Positions 30,256 to 42,324 of a stretch of 64,000 nt of DNA are shown here, piece by piece. The notes beneath the pieces were generated by a model. It saw only the letters and a list, made by a program, of their open reading frames with translations. It did no database searches and had not been told where the DNA came from. Source of the DNA: Acidobacteriota bacterium (GTDB lineage Bacteria; Acidobacteriota; UBA890; WLXD01); contig CBDBHB010000009.1 of assembly GCA_965205505.1 (NCBI GenBank), positions 1,344,001 to 1,408,000 of the forward strand, in the 5' to 3' direction. Each line of letters starts with the position of its first letter. Within the stretch, counting starts at the first letter, position 1. Made by a program: the position numbers and the translations under genes.

Positions 30256-31322
30256 CGACAGTCTATCCAGCCTCCGCCAGTGCGCGCAGATTGCCGCGCC
30301 GCCTCGAGGATGCGTACGTTGCTCAAGCCGTCGGCAAACGTCGCTGCCTCCTCCAGCTCGGTCCTTCCGTTCGCCACCGCGTTGACGACGGCCTCGAGGA
30401 AAGGCGCCTCGAGGGCGGCGAATGGCCCGCGCCCTTGAATCCCGTAGTGTTCCGGCGGGTGCCAGGGGACGTCTGTGACGATTGGCGCCAAATCGTCTCC
30501 GTGAGGGCCGCCGGTCAAGTGCTGTTCGCGCTCCAGGCAGAGTGTTCCCTCGCTGCCGGCGATCTCCAACAACCAGCGCGCCACGCCGGGCAACGCCAGG
30601 CTGGCTGTCAGGCTCACCTGTGCGCCACTCCCCAGTCGCAGCCAAAGCTCGGCGAAGTCATCGGAGGTCACCGGCTGCGTGACCCCCTCGGCATCCTCGC
30701 GTTGCTTGACGAACGTCTCGAGACGCGCGCTCACGGCCTCGATCGGACCGAGCATCCACTGCACATTGTCGATCAGGTGCGTTCCCGTAGCGCCTAGCAC
30801 GCCACCGCCACACGACGTCTGCGACCACCAAGTGTACGGTCGGTGCTGAAATCCAGGCGTGTTCAGCAGCAGGTCGGCGCGTAAGTGCAGCACCTCGCCC
30901 ACTAACCCGTCCTGGCACAGCGACCGCATCTTGCGGCGGTTGGGGTTCCAGCGTAGCTGATAGTTGATCAGGGCCAGGCGGCCCTCGGCGAGCGCCGCGA
31001 GCTCTTCCGCGTCTCGTACATCGAGTGTGAAGGGCTTCTCACACAGCAATGCGGCACCGGTACTCAGTGCTTCGCGCACCATCTCGGCGTGCAGATGCAC
31101 CGGCGTGGCGATGATCACGAGATCGGGATCGAGCTCTAGCAGCTCACGCCAGTCGGAAGTCGAGCGACCGATCCCCCAGCGCCGTGCACTCGCCGCGGCC
31201 TTCTCGGCATCGCGGCCGGCGATCCCGACCACCTCGTTGCCGCCGATATGCTTGAGCGCGGGCAGCTGCACGCCTTCGGCATGCGAGTTACCGAGCAGTG
31301 CGATCCGTACCGGCGATGCCAT
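30252..31322 (-). CDS. Gfo/Idh/MocA family oxidoreductase
   Basis: IATPVHLH, CEKPF, GGGVLGATGTHLID. Its TAG stop is the IS630 target CTAG. Confidence 0.9.
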   Translation of the reverse strand: MASPVRIALLGNSHAEGVQLPALKHIGGNEVVGIAGRDAEKAAASARRWGIGRSTSDWRELLELDPDLVIIATPVHLHAEMVREALSTGAALLCEKPFTLDVRDAEELAALAEGRLALINYQLRWNPNRRKMRSLCQDGLVGEVLHLRADLLLNTPGFQHRPYTWWSQTSCGGGVLGATGTHLIDNVQWMLGPIEAVSARLETFVKQREDAEGVTQPVTSDDFAELWLRLGSGAQVSLTASLALPGVARWLLEIAGSEGTLCLEREQHLTGGPHGDDLAPIVTDVPWHPPEHYGIQGRGPFAALEAPFLEAVVNAVANGRTELEEAATFADGLSNVRILEAARQSARTGGGWIDCR

Positions 31323-31376
31323 GAGGTCGAACCCCGGGAAGGTAACGAGATGCCGCGAAGCGGCGGGAGATGCATC

Positions 31377-31440
31377 CTAGCAGGCCGTGGTGAAAGCGTG
31401 ATGGGTCTCGCAACAGGGTCTTGCGAGGCGAATGCAAGGA
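31377..31440. repeat. solo left end of the CTAG-MITE family
   Basis: CTAGCAGGCCGTGGTGAAAGCGTGATGGGTCT...ACAGGGTCTTGCGA...GCAAGGA is similar to 43233-43293. Confidence 0.85.
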
Positions 31441-31589
31441 GCGCTGTTAGGGTCTGTCGGCGGCACGATCAAACGCGGCCGGCTCGCGATGGCGCCGTGC
31501 TGTCGTTCAAGCCCCAGCGGGGTGTTGGCGTGATATACAAGCGGAAAGCGACGCAACGGCAGGAGACGTCAACGCTGGAGGATGACACC

Positions 31590-32731
31590 ATGAACCGACG
31601 ACATCGGACCGCGGCCACGTGTCTCTTGGCGGCGTTGGCAGCCACTCCGGCGTGCGCCAGGATGGAGCAGGCACCGATCACCGTTCTGTACGTCGACCGC
31701 GTTGTAACCGTCGAGAGCACCCTTGCAGACCCGTCCGATCTCTGGGTTACACCCGCAGATCTGACCCGGATCAACGGTTTCGAGCTCAAACCGGAAGGCG
31801 CGTGCCTGGACACCCTGTGCATTCCGGTCAATCAGGCCGACGACAGCGACATCGTGGTTACCCGCGATGGTCAGCGGTGGTTCAGCTTCACGGCCTTCGC
31901 TCGCAAGCTCGATCAGGCCTACGTTGTCGATCGTACACATCGGACGTGGAGCTTCGGCGAGGTCCCGATTCTGCGGAGCGGCTTGATCGACCACGCTGTG
32001 GCGCCGGACTTCGAGCTTCCGGACCGCCAGGGCACCCTCGTACGACTTTCGGACTTCCGTGGGAAGAAGGTGCTCTTGCTTACCTGGGCCTCGTGGTGAG
32101 GTTGCTCCCGCGACCTGCCAGGTTGGCAGGAACTTTACGAGGAGCTCGGAAGTCGCAATTTCGAGATCGTCGCCGTGGCCCAGGACACCGGTGGCGAGGT
32201 TGCCGCCGGCTCTTTCTATGACGCCGCGAACGCGACCTTCACGACCCTGATCGACACACGGCACACGGTCAGCGCCCTCTACGACATGCTGAACGTTCCG
32301 ACGGCGGTACTGATCAACGAGCAAGGGGTCATCGTTCGGCAGGACGAGGGGGCGTACACTCGCTTGTACGAGTTTGGCGACCTGTCTTTTGGCACCGACG
32401 ACTACCTCCCCGCGGTGCGGGACTGGGTGGAAAACGGTAGCGACAGCGTCTACGCGTTGGACACCGGGGAGGTCGCTGCCAGTTTCACGCCCCGAACCTC
32501 CGCCCAGGCCCTTGCCGACGCCAACTTCCGCCTTGCTGCGCACCTGCACCTGGTAGGCGACGAGGATCTGGCGAACCGGTACTGGGAGAGAGCGCAGGAG
32601 CTCAACCCCGATAGCTGGAACTACCATCGGCAGGATTGGTCGTTCACGCCGGAGCAGGCGGGAAGCAACTGGGTAGCGAAGTTCGAGCAGCTCGCGGACA
32701 GGCCGTACTATCGGCCGATGAACTTGCCCGA

Positions 32732-32735
<4 letters not shown>
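31590..32735 (+). CDS. selenocysteine-containing redoxin (AhpC/TlpA-like) lipoprotein, Sec170
   Basis: Two ORFs in the same frame joined by TGA 32097-99 at the redox site: APDFELPD..LSDFRGKKVLLLTWASW-U-GCSRDLPGWQ. Hairpin follows. Stop overlaps the next GTG. Confidence 0.82.
32114..32130 (+). promoter_or_regulatory. putative bacterial SECIS element
   Basis: CCTGCCA-GGT-TGGCAGG, perfect 7-bp stem starting 14 nt after the UGA. Confidence 0.7.
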
Positions 32736-34366
<1,631 letters not shown>

Positions 34367-34523
34367 GGCGATCTAGCCCCAGCGTCTGACCCTGACCCTG
34401 GCCATGTCGGCGAGGAGGTGCGGGCAAAGTCGATCAGGTACCAGCGATGTCCAGGGGGGCGCGACTTGTCGACTGCCCGCAGCGGCAACAGGGCTCCAAT
34501 CTCGCTAGTGTGGTTGTTCACAC

Positions 34524-34784
34524 CATTACTCGGTCGAACGACAGTCGGGCGGTAAGGTTCGTCTCGAGGTCGGCTCGCTGTATCGGGTCATCAAACGGTT
34601 GCTTACTAGCGGGCTCATCGACGCGGAAGGGATGGCGTCGGACGATGCCGATCCGCGGCGACGACGCCACTATCGGATCACCGATCTGGGCCGGGCCTGT
34701 GTGGCAGCCGAGGCGGATCGCTTGGCCGAGGTGGTCGCGGCTGCAAGGGGCCGGCCGCTGGCCGGCGGCGGGGGTCGCGCATGA
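34524..34784 (+). pseudogene. PadR family regulator, C-terminal fragment
   Basis: SGGKVRLEVGSLYRVIKRLL..GLI..DPRRRRHYRITDLGR. In-frame TAG at 34506, N-terminal helix absent. Confidence 0.7.
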
Positions 34785-34832
34785 AGGGTGAGAGTCGGTC
34801 GCTGCCGTTCCGCTGGTGCCGAGCGCGGAGCT

Positions 34833-36368
34833 CTACCAGGGCCTCGGAGCGATCCGCGGCAGCATCTCGTCGCGCATGGCGGCGTGATACACGAACGTTG
34901 CCAGGATCACCGAATTGGCCATGAGGTCTTCGGGAATGAGGCGATCGTAGACGTCCATGTTGGAGTGGTAGCGGCGGTCGTCGCGGCGATCCTGGCGGAA
35001 ATAGAAGCCCGGCAGTCCGACTTCTTGGTACGCCTCGTGTGCCATTCCGGTGGGGAACAGATGTCTCATCCCGAGGTTGTGCAGCGGCTTGATCCACTCG
35101 GTGAAGATCCCCCGGATGGTTTCGCTTCCGAGCACTGAGACGCCCTTGATTCGGGCAGCGCCGTTGTCGACGTTGAAGTATGCCGACAGCTTGTCGTAGT
35201 CGGGCTTGTACTCGCGATTCTCCAGATCGGCGAAGTTCTGTCGCACGTGAGACCGGTTGCCGAACAGGCCCATCTCGTGGCCGCCCCACAGTCCGATACG
35301 GATCGTCCGGCGAGGCTTGATCCCGAGCGCCTGAAAGATGCGCACCACCTCCATCGAGATGACCACGCCAGCGGCGTCGTCGGTGGCGCCGGTACCGATC
35401 GGCTCTGATTGCAGGTGGCCGCCCACCAGCACGAGCTCATCGGCCAAGTCGGTTCCCGGAATCTCGGCGACGACGTTGTAGTCGATCGGGTCATCGCCAG
35501 GAAAGTCCACCCTGACCTCGGCCTCCATCTCGACGGCAACGCCCATGTCGAGGATGCGCACCATGCGGTTGTAGTGTTCGGCGGCGAGAATCCACTCGGT
35601 AATCGGTGGTGGCGCGTTCATCTCCCACATGCGCCGCGTCATGGCGTAGCCATTCACCGCGCCGTCGACCGTGCCGTAGGCGTGGCTTCCGTCGGTGCGC
35701 GCCACTGCCGTAGCACCCGCCTCGAAGACCAGGTCGATACGTTGCTCCAGCGATAGCCCGTCGCCGCGTCGACGACGTTGGCGCGATTCGGCCGGGCCGA
35801 TCGGGATCCTGGCCATGTCGTCGAGCTCTGCTTGGCTGTAAGGAGTGATCGACGGCCCGTACTGGTCGCTGAGCTCGCGCAAGGGCTCAATCAGAACTAC
35901 CTTCCCCGCGATCTCTTGTCGGTACGGCTCCAGGTCGGCCGCCGACTCGATCTCGTCGAGGTTCACGTGGATGGCTTGCAGTCGGACCTTGCCGTTGGTG
36001 CCCGCCGACCAGGCTGCCGGATAGCCGATGATCGGCATGTACTGCGGCTCGACCATGTGGAACGAGGAGTACTGGTTTTCCCAGCCACGGCCGAACTCGA
36101 ACGGCTCCAGCCGGGCGTTGGAGAGCCCGTAGTCCTCGAGCCGCTGCCGTGACCACTCGGCCGCCGCCCGGTAGCCGCTCGACTTGGAGTTGCGCGGCCC
36201 GAACACATCGGTCAGCCAGCCAGCGTTCTCCATGACCTGGGAATTGTTGAAGGCCTCGTCGAGTATTTCGCCGACGACGTCCCAGCGGACCGGTTCCTGC
36301 GGGGTCACGAGGGCGGCGCCGAGCAATGGCAGCGAGCAAGCGATCGCCAGGAGTCGAGCAACTTTCAT
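34833..36368 (-). CDS. M28 family metallopeptidase-like secreted protein
   Basis: LTDVFGPR, YNVVAEIPG, GGHLQS..GTGATDDAAG, PRRTIRIGLW, YHSNMD. Confidence 0.85.
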   Translation of the reverse strand: MKVARLLAIACSLPLLGAALVTPQEPVRWDVVGEILDEAFNNSQVMENAGWLTDVFGPRNSKSSGYRAAAEWSRQRLEDYGLSNARLEPFEFGRGWENQYSSFHMVEPQYMPIIGYPAAWSAGTNGKVRLQAIHVNLDEIESAADLEPYRQEIAGKVVLIEPLRELSDQYGPSITPYSQAELDDMARIPIGPAESRQRRRRGDGLSLEQRIDLVFEAGATAVARTDGSHAYGTVDGAVNGYAMTRRMWEMNAPPPITEWILAAEHYNRMVRILDMGVAVEMEAEVRVDFPGDDPIDYNVVAEIPGTDLADELVLVGGHLQSEPIGTGATDDAAGVVISMEVVRIFQALGIKPRRTIRIGLWGGHEMGLFGNRSHVRQNFADLENREYKPDYDKLSAYFNVDNGAARIKGVSVLGSETIRGIFTEWIKPLHNLGMRHLFPTGMAHEAYQEVGLPGFYFRQDRRDDRRYHSNMDVYDRLIPEDLMANSVILATFVYHAAMRDEMLPRIAPRPW

Positions 36369-36651
36369 CTTGAGCCTCCAGATCTGGTAGGTGCCGCCGC
36401 GCTGGCAGCGCCGATCGACCGTAGCCGATGCACCCGAGCTGCCGCTACCAGACTATGGTGGAAGCGCGATGATTACTGAGCGGAAACTGCCATGGCGCCG
36501 TCCGGAGGGTGGTCCGTGCGTGAGCAGGAATCGCTGTGCCCGGTTCCGCGCAGGCGCGGATTTGGGCACAATCACGCCGCCGGCTCCGCCCACCCGGGCA
36601 AAACGGACGACATCACTGCCCCGAGCGGGGGCAAGAGGGAGGCACCTACGT

Positions 36652-37257
36652 ATGTCGATACGAGAAACTCGTCGAAGGTTCCTGCGCAGCCAGTGTCTAG
36701 CCACCGCTGGCGGCGCGCTTCTTGCGCTGACATCGGGCGAGGCTGCCGTCGCCGAGGCATCGGAGGCGGCCGCGGTCGGGTTGTCGCAGGGTGTGAGCCC
36801 CGAGCAGAGATTGCGGGAGCTCGGCATCGAGTTGCCACCGCCGCCACGTCCGGTCGCGGTCTATGTGCCGGCGGTGCGCACCGGCAACATCTTGTTCACC
36901 GCAGGTCATACGCCACGCTATCCCGATGGATCGCCTATGCCGGGAAAGATCGGTGCCGACATGACGGTGGAGCAGGGATATGCGGCCGCGCGAGTCGCCG
37001 GGCTCAACCTGCTGAGCACCGTGCGCGACACCTTGGGCAGCCTCGATGAGGTAGTGAGGCTGGTGAAAGTGCTCGGCATGGTCAATTGCACGCCTGACTT
37101 CGGCCAGCAGCCGCAGGTAATCAACGGCTTCAGCGAGCTGCTCGTCGAAGTGTTCGGCGAGGAGAGAGGAAAGGGCGGGCGTAGCGCCGTCGGCATGGCG
37201 TCGTTGCCGGCGAACATGCCGGTTGAGCTGGAGGCCATCTTCGAGGTGCGCGGCTGA
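36652..37257 (+). CDS. RidA family protein with twin-arginine leader
   Basis: EQRLRELGIELP, YVPAVRTGN, RLVKVLGMVN, INGFSEL, RSAVG..LP..VELE. N-terminal TRRRFL. GGAGG RBS. Confidence 0.85.
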   Translation: MSIRETRRRFLRSQCLATAGGALLALTSGEAAVAEASEAAAVGLSQGVSPEQRLRELGIELPPPPRPVAVYVPAVRTGNILFTAGHTPRYPDGSPMPGKIGADMTVEQGYAAARVAGLNLLSTVRDTLGSLDEVVRLVKVLGMVNCTPDFGQQPQVINGFSELLVEVFGEERGKGGRSAVGMASLPANMPVELEAIFEVRG

Positions 37258-37466
37258 CGGCGATCGACTCGCAGGCAGTTGGGCAGACGGTGAAGGCGCT
37301 TCGCAAGGACGTGGACCGGATTGGCAACCCGAAGCGCCGGCTGGCAGACTGCGTCGACAAACAGCGAGCCGATCAAACAGCTGATTTCCTCTTCGCCGAG
37401 CCATACAGAAAATGCTGAGAAGTGTGTTCGGGCTCGTTGGGCGCCGGGGTTTCGGGAGAGGCAGTG

Positions 37467-40262
37467 ATGAAGTCGTTCAAGCGGATCGCTCTGAGTTTTG
37501 TGCTGCTGGCCACCATGGTCGCTTCCGGCGCTCGAGGGCAGTCAGGCTCAGGCAATGTTCTCGACTGGGTGCACTACCGAGAAATCGGCCCGACGCGGCC
37601 GGGCGGTCGAGTGGTTGCGTTCGCCGTATCGCAGCAGAATTCGTACGTGTTCTACGTTGGCGCCGGCCCCGGAGGACTGTGGAAGACGGTTAACAACGGG
37701 ACGACGTTCGATTCGATATTCGACGATGAGCAGACATCGTCGATCGGCGACGTTGTCGTTGCCCCGTCCGACGACAACATCGTTTACGTCGGCACCGGGG
37801 AGGGAAACCTCAGAAACAGCGCGTACCACGGGGACGGCGTCTATCGGTCGGACGACGGGGGTGCGACATGGCTGAACGTCGGCCTGCAGGAGTCGGGACA
37901 GATCGGCAGGCTGGCCGTTCATCCCACCAATCCCGACATCGTCTATGTGGCGGCACAGGGACGCTACTACGCGGATAGTCCACAGCGCGGCGTGTACATG
38001 AGTACGAACGGCGGCCAGACATGGACCAAGTCTCTTGGAGTGGCCGTCGACGGTGTGGCGATCGGTGCAACGGACATCGTCATGGACCCCCGCGACCCCG
38101 ACGTTCTGTATGCGGCCACGTACCAGCGGATTCGCAGGCCGTGGGGGTTCTCGGGCTCCGGCCCCGGCAGCGGCATTCACAAGACAACCGATGGCGGCGC
38201 CACATGGACGAAGCTATCGAATGGTCTTCCCAGCGGATTGATCGGCAAGATCGGTCTCTCGATGTATGCGCGGAATCCGGCGATTCTCTATGCGGTCATC
38301 GAGAACGACAATTCCGCCGGCGTTTCCTACGAAGATCGTTGGCGTGAGGTTCAGGCTGGCCAGCCGGCGGCCGTGGAGCCGGTGGGTAATGTCGTCTACC
38401 GAACCGATGACGGCGGCGATTCGTGGCGCCAGACCACCGAAGATGCGGTCGGCGAGCGCAACAATTACTACGGTCAGATTGTTGTCGATCCCAACGACGA
38501 GAACACCGTCTACGTGATGGCGTCGATGGTCCACAAATCGACCGACGGCGGCCGAAGCTGGTCGCGTGCCTTCGAGTACGGCGGCGACAATCACGTTCTT
38601 TGGATCGATGCGGAAAACAGCCAGCATATGTTGTTGGGATACGACTATGGCTTCGCGACGAGCTTCGATTCGGGGGCGAACTGGCTGCATATCGACAACG
38701 TGTCGATGGCGCAGATCTACGCCATCGGAGTCGATATGGAGTATCCATACAACGTCTACGCTGGCCTGCAGGATTTCGGCTCCTGGAAGGGCCCGAGCGC
38801 CAAGAAGGGCAGGTTTCCGATCCGCTTCGAGGATTGGGAACACGTGCAAGGCGGCGACGGTTTCTACAACCAGGTCGACCCGACGAACGGTCGCTGGCTC
38901 TATACCGAATCACAGTTCGGTGGCCTCTCGCGCAACGACCAGAAGACTGGCGTGCGACGCAGGATCCGTTACCGCGACAACCGGGACCTCCGCTTTAACT
39001 GGAATGCGCCGCTGCTGATCTCGCCGCACGACCCGGACGTGATCTACCACGGGGCCAACATCCTTCTGAAGTCGCCGTTTCGCGGTGAGCGGTGGGAGGA
39101 GGTCAGCCCCGACCTCACCAAGCACGATGCGTCGAAGTTCGGCGGTCGTGAGGTCAGCCAGTACGGCACGTTGACAACGATCGACGAATCACCGGTCGAA
39201 CAGGGTCTGCTGTGGGCCGGATCGGATGACGGCAACGTGCAGGTAAGCCGTGACGGCGGCGAGAACTGGACGCTCCTCAACGACAGTATTCCCGACAACC
39301 CCGAATACTGGGTGTCGAGAGTCATCGCGTCGCACCACGCCCCGGGCACCGCCTACGTGACGTTCACGGGCCGCCACATGGTCGACTACGCACCGTTTGT
39401 CTACAAGACGACCGACTACGGGGACACCTGGACATCCATAGCGAGCAACTTGCCTGACGAGAGCATCAACGTGATCCGCGAAGATCACAAGAACCCCAAC
39501 CTGCTCTTCGTGGGAACCGACCGAACCGTGCACGTGACGCTCGACGGCGGGCGGCACTGGAATGAGCTCAAGAACAACCTCCCGGCAATTCCGGTGCACG
39601 ATCTGGTCATCCATCCGCGCGAGAACGATCTCGTGGTCGGGACGTTCGGCCGCGGCCTCTATATCGCCGACATCTCACCGCTCCAGGAGCTGACCCAAGA
39701 GGTCATCGACAGCGATGTCCATTTGTTCCAGATCGAGACGAAGGTCCAGTGGGTCATGCCACGGCAGACCGCGGTCGCCGATCAGAACTTCGAAGGCGAG
39801 AACGAGCCGCAAGGGGTGATGCTCAATTACTATCTCAAGAGCGCCATTCCGAAGGGCGTGACGCTGTCGGTCTACAACGGGGCGATTCTGATCAACGAGC
39901 TCGAGGGTCCGGGGAACGCGGGACTCAACAGCGTCATGTGGGGAATGACGCGGCGGGGCGACAAGAAATCGCCGGAGGCGGTGGCCCGCTGGGATGAAGA
40001 GATGAGAACCGGCGAGGCGGAGCCTTTCTACGACTACTACGACACCAACGAGTTCTTCGGAGCCCCCGACGAGGAGGTCGGCCGAACCGGACTCTCGCTG
40101 AGGACGAGAGTGCAGGGGCGGCCGGGAATGCGTGGACGAGATTACGTGCTACACCGGGTTCAGCCCGGACAATACCGGATACAGCTGCAGGCGGGTGGAG
40201 CGGTCCTCACGCAGACGTCGCGCATCCTTCAGGACTTCTGGTACGACAAGACGTTCCAATAG
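37467..40262 (+). CDS. VPS10/BNR-repeat glycosyl hydrolase-like secreted protein
   Basis: IGP..GGRV, repeated SxDGGxTW BNR motifs, GGDGF, RFNWNAP, GTFGRG. Confidence 0.88.
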   Translation: MKSFKRIALSFVLLATMVASGARGQSGSGNVLDWVHYREIGPTRPGGRVVAFAVSQQNSYVFYVGAGPGGLWKTVNNGTTFDSIFDDEQTSSIGDVVVAPSDDNIVYVGTGEGNLRNSAYHGDGVYRSDDGGATWLNVGLQESGQIGRLAVHPTNPDIVYVAAQGRYYADSPQRGVYMSTNGGQTWTKSLGVAVDGVAIGATDIVMDPRDPDVLYAATYQRIRRPWGFSGSGPGSGIHKTTDGGATWTKLSNGLPSGLIGKIGLSMYARNPAILYAVIENDNSAGVSYEDRWREVQAGQPAAVEPVGNVVYRTDDGGDSWRQTTEDAVGERNNYYGQIVVDPNDENTVYVMASMVHKSTDGGRSWSRAFEYGGDNHVLWIDAENSQHMLLGYDYGFATSFDSGANWLHIDNVSMAQIYAIGVDMEYPYNVYAGLQDFGSWKGPSAKKGRFPIRFEDWEHVQGGDGFYNQVDPTNGRWLYTESQFGGLSRNDQKTGVRRRIRYRDNRDLRFNWNAPLLISPHDPDVIYHGANILLKSPFRGERWEEVSPDLTKHDASKFGGREVSQYGTLTTIDESPVEQGLLWAGSDDGNVQVSRDGGENWTLLNDSIPDNPEYWVSRVIASHHAPGTAYVTFTGRHMVDYAPFVYKTTDYGDTWTSIASNLPDESINVIREDHKNPNLLFVGTDRTVHVTLDGGRHWNELKNNLPAIPVHDLVIHPRENDLVVGTFGRGLYIADISPLQELTQEVIDSDVHLFQIETKVQWVMPRQTAVADQNFEGENEPQGVMLNYYLKSAIPKGVTLSVYNGAILINELEGPGNAGLNSVMWGMTRRGDKKSPEAVARWDEEMRTGEAEPFYDYYDTNEFFGAPDEEVGRTGLSLRTRVQGRPGMRGRDYVLHRVQPGQYRIQLQAGGAVLTQTSRILQDFWYDKTFQ

Positions 40263-40267
40263 GCCGG

Positions 40268-42163
40268 CTAGTCCTCCCGACTCGGAATTACCGGGAGGAC
40301 GAGGTGAGACGGGTATTGCTGGGAATGATGGATCGTATTCTCGGCGACGACCCATTCCGTCTCATCGTAGTTGTTGCCGCCGGTGTTCAGATTGCGCTCG
40401 TAGGCCGGGAAGTCACTGCTCGACACCTGTAGTCGAATCCTGTGCCCGGGTGCGAAGTAGTTGCTCGTGGCATCCAGGTCGACCTGAATCTGGTACACGC
40501 CGCCTTCTTCCATCCAGACCTTCTTGGTGAATCCCTCGCGGTAGCGGGCGCGCAGAATTCCACCTTGAATGTTGTAGGCCGTGCCATCGGGGTACACGTC
40601 CACGAGCTTGGCGGTGAAGTCCGTATCCTTCGCCGAAGACGACACGTAGAACACGGCGGTAATCGGGCCGGTTACCTCGATACCGTGTTCCAGCGGTGGT
40701 GTGGTGTAGACGAGGACGTCGTTGCGAATTTCGACGCTCCCTTGATCGATCGCACCGGAGGACGTCCCCCAGGAGGTCCCGCGTGGACCACCCGTGGACG
40801 GTACCGGATGGGCGGGGTCATAGACGAAGGTGTCGGCTGGCTCGTCGCCGGGGGCTACGGCGGAAAGCCGCCCTTGCCCGTAGCGGCTGTTCGCATCGCC
40901 ACCGCTATGCAGGAAGTACTTGGTGTACTCGGTCTCGCTCAGCGGCCATCGGTCGGCCGAACGCCACTCGTTGCTTCCCATCGTGTAGTACTGGACCTTC
41001 GGCATGTCCGTGACGCCGGTTTGTTCCCCCTTGAGCCAGTAGTCGAACCACTTGATATAGATCGAGTAGTAGTCGAGCCGCGCGTCGCCGATATCCCGAT
41101 CGCCGACCACGGTGTGTTCGGTCGCGCGGTCGTAGCTGCAATGGGTCGTTGGGGCGATGATCAGGAACTGATTGTCGGCGGCGGTCTCCGTAACGGCTCG
41201 CTCGCGGAAATAGTTGAACTCGTAGATCGTCTCGTCGACGCTGATGTCGTACCAGGAGCTCACGTGTAGAGCCGGGACAGCGATGGTCTCGGTGCCGTCG
41301 TAGTAGCCCATCGTGTCGTGCCACCAGGGGTCGCCGAAATCCCGCGTCGCCAGGTCGAGAAAGTCGTTCGGGGGTGCCCCCGCCTTGTTCATGATGTCGA
41401 CCAGGGGCAACGTCCAGACGAGCTCCTCCCAATCCGGCTCCGGTGCCGCGCTTGCCTCGGGATGGTAGAACTCGCGGATCCTGGCAATCTCCTCGTCCGA
41501 GAGCCCCGGGGGTGGCTTGAAGGAATACTTGTTACCGCTGCTGAAGTACCACGGTAGGGTGGCGGCGAAGTCGAGAACTCCGCCCTTGAAGCCCGACCAG
41601 TATCGATACCGGCCGTTCGCGGCGCCGATGAACGGCCCGTTTCGGGGGATCATCGTGGTCAGGTTAGGGTGCTTCAGCGGCGCCGTGGCTGCCTGCACCT
41701 CGGCCGGATACGAACAGCCGTGCATCCCGACTTTGCCATTGGACCAAGGTTGTTTGGCAATCCAGTCAACGGCGTCGTAGCCATCCTCGGCCTCGCTCCC
41801 CGCCGGCGGCGAGTAGATTCCCTCGGATTCGAACTTCCCGCGGCTGTCCTGCACAGCCACCACGAAGCCTCTTGACGCGAACATGTAGGCATCGCCGTCT
41901 TTGTCGTCTCTGAATTCGTTCTTGTTGTAGGGAGTCCGGATGAGAACGACGGGCAGCGTCTCGTCGGGAACCTTCGGAAAGTACAGGTCGGTGGCGAGTC
42001 GCACCCCGTCCCGCATCGGAACCATGCGGCCTTTTTCCAATCGCACCTCGTTTTGTGGTGCCGGCCTGCTGATGGGTCCCGACGAATCTTGCGACCGCGC
42101 TTCGTACTCGGCGGCAACGATGAGGAACGGAAACAGTGCTAGCAGCAGCCACGTCCTACGCAC
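40268..42163 (-). CDS. CocE/NonD family hydrolase, secreted
   Basis: PMRDGVRLATD, RTPY, QDSRG, GCSY nucleophile motif, WYD, THC, GHRIRLQVSSSDFP. Confidence 0.92.
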   Translation of the reverse strand: MRRTWLLLALFPFLIVAAEYEARSQDSSGPISRPAPQNEVRLEKGRMVPMRDGVRLATDLYFPKVPDETLPVVLIRTPYNKNEFRDDKDGDAYMFASRGFVVAVQDSRGKFESEGIYSPPAGSEAEDGYDAVDWIAKQPWSNGKVGMHGCSYPAEVQAATAPLKHPNLTTMIPRNGPFIGAANGRYRYWSGFKGGVLDFAATLPWYFSSGNKYSFKPPPGLSDEEIARIREFYHPEASAAPEPDWEELVWTLPLVDIMNKAGAPPNDFLDLATRDFGDPWWHDTMGYYDGTETIAVPALHVSSWYDISVDETIYEFNYFRERAVTETAADNQFLIIAPTTHCSYDRATEHTVVGDRDIGDARLDYYSIYIKWFDYWLKGEQTGVTDMPKVQYYTMGSNEWRSADRWPLSETEYTKYFLHSGGDANSRYGQGRLSAVAPGDEPADTFVYDPAHPVPSTGGPRGTSWGTSSGAIDQGSVEIRNDVLVYTTPPLEHGIEVTGPITAVFYVSSSAKDTDFTAKLVDVYPDGTAYNIQGGILRARYREGFTKKVWMEEGGVYQIQVDLDATSNYFAPGHRIRLQVSSSDFPAYERNLNTGGNNYDETEWVVAENTIHHSQQYPSHLVLPVIPSRED

Positions 42164-42324
42164 GATGTGCCTCCCTTGGCGGTCAACTTCGCACCGCGAC
42201 TCGCGGAGAGGTTGGAATCTATCTCTGGTCCGGGTGGAGTGACAACGGGGGTTCCGGAGATTGTTCGAAAGATCACCTAGAATCCGTGCCGACTACGATC
42301 CAGCCTGTGACCCAGGAGTTGAAC

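Noticed and set aside
31488-31540. DGAVLSFKPQRGVGVIY resembling a cold-shock domain start
   Set aside because: Short, no start codon or continuation; probably coincidence.
40260-40271. TAGGCCGGCTAG between convergent stops as another MITE relic
   Set aside because: Too short to distinguish from chance.
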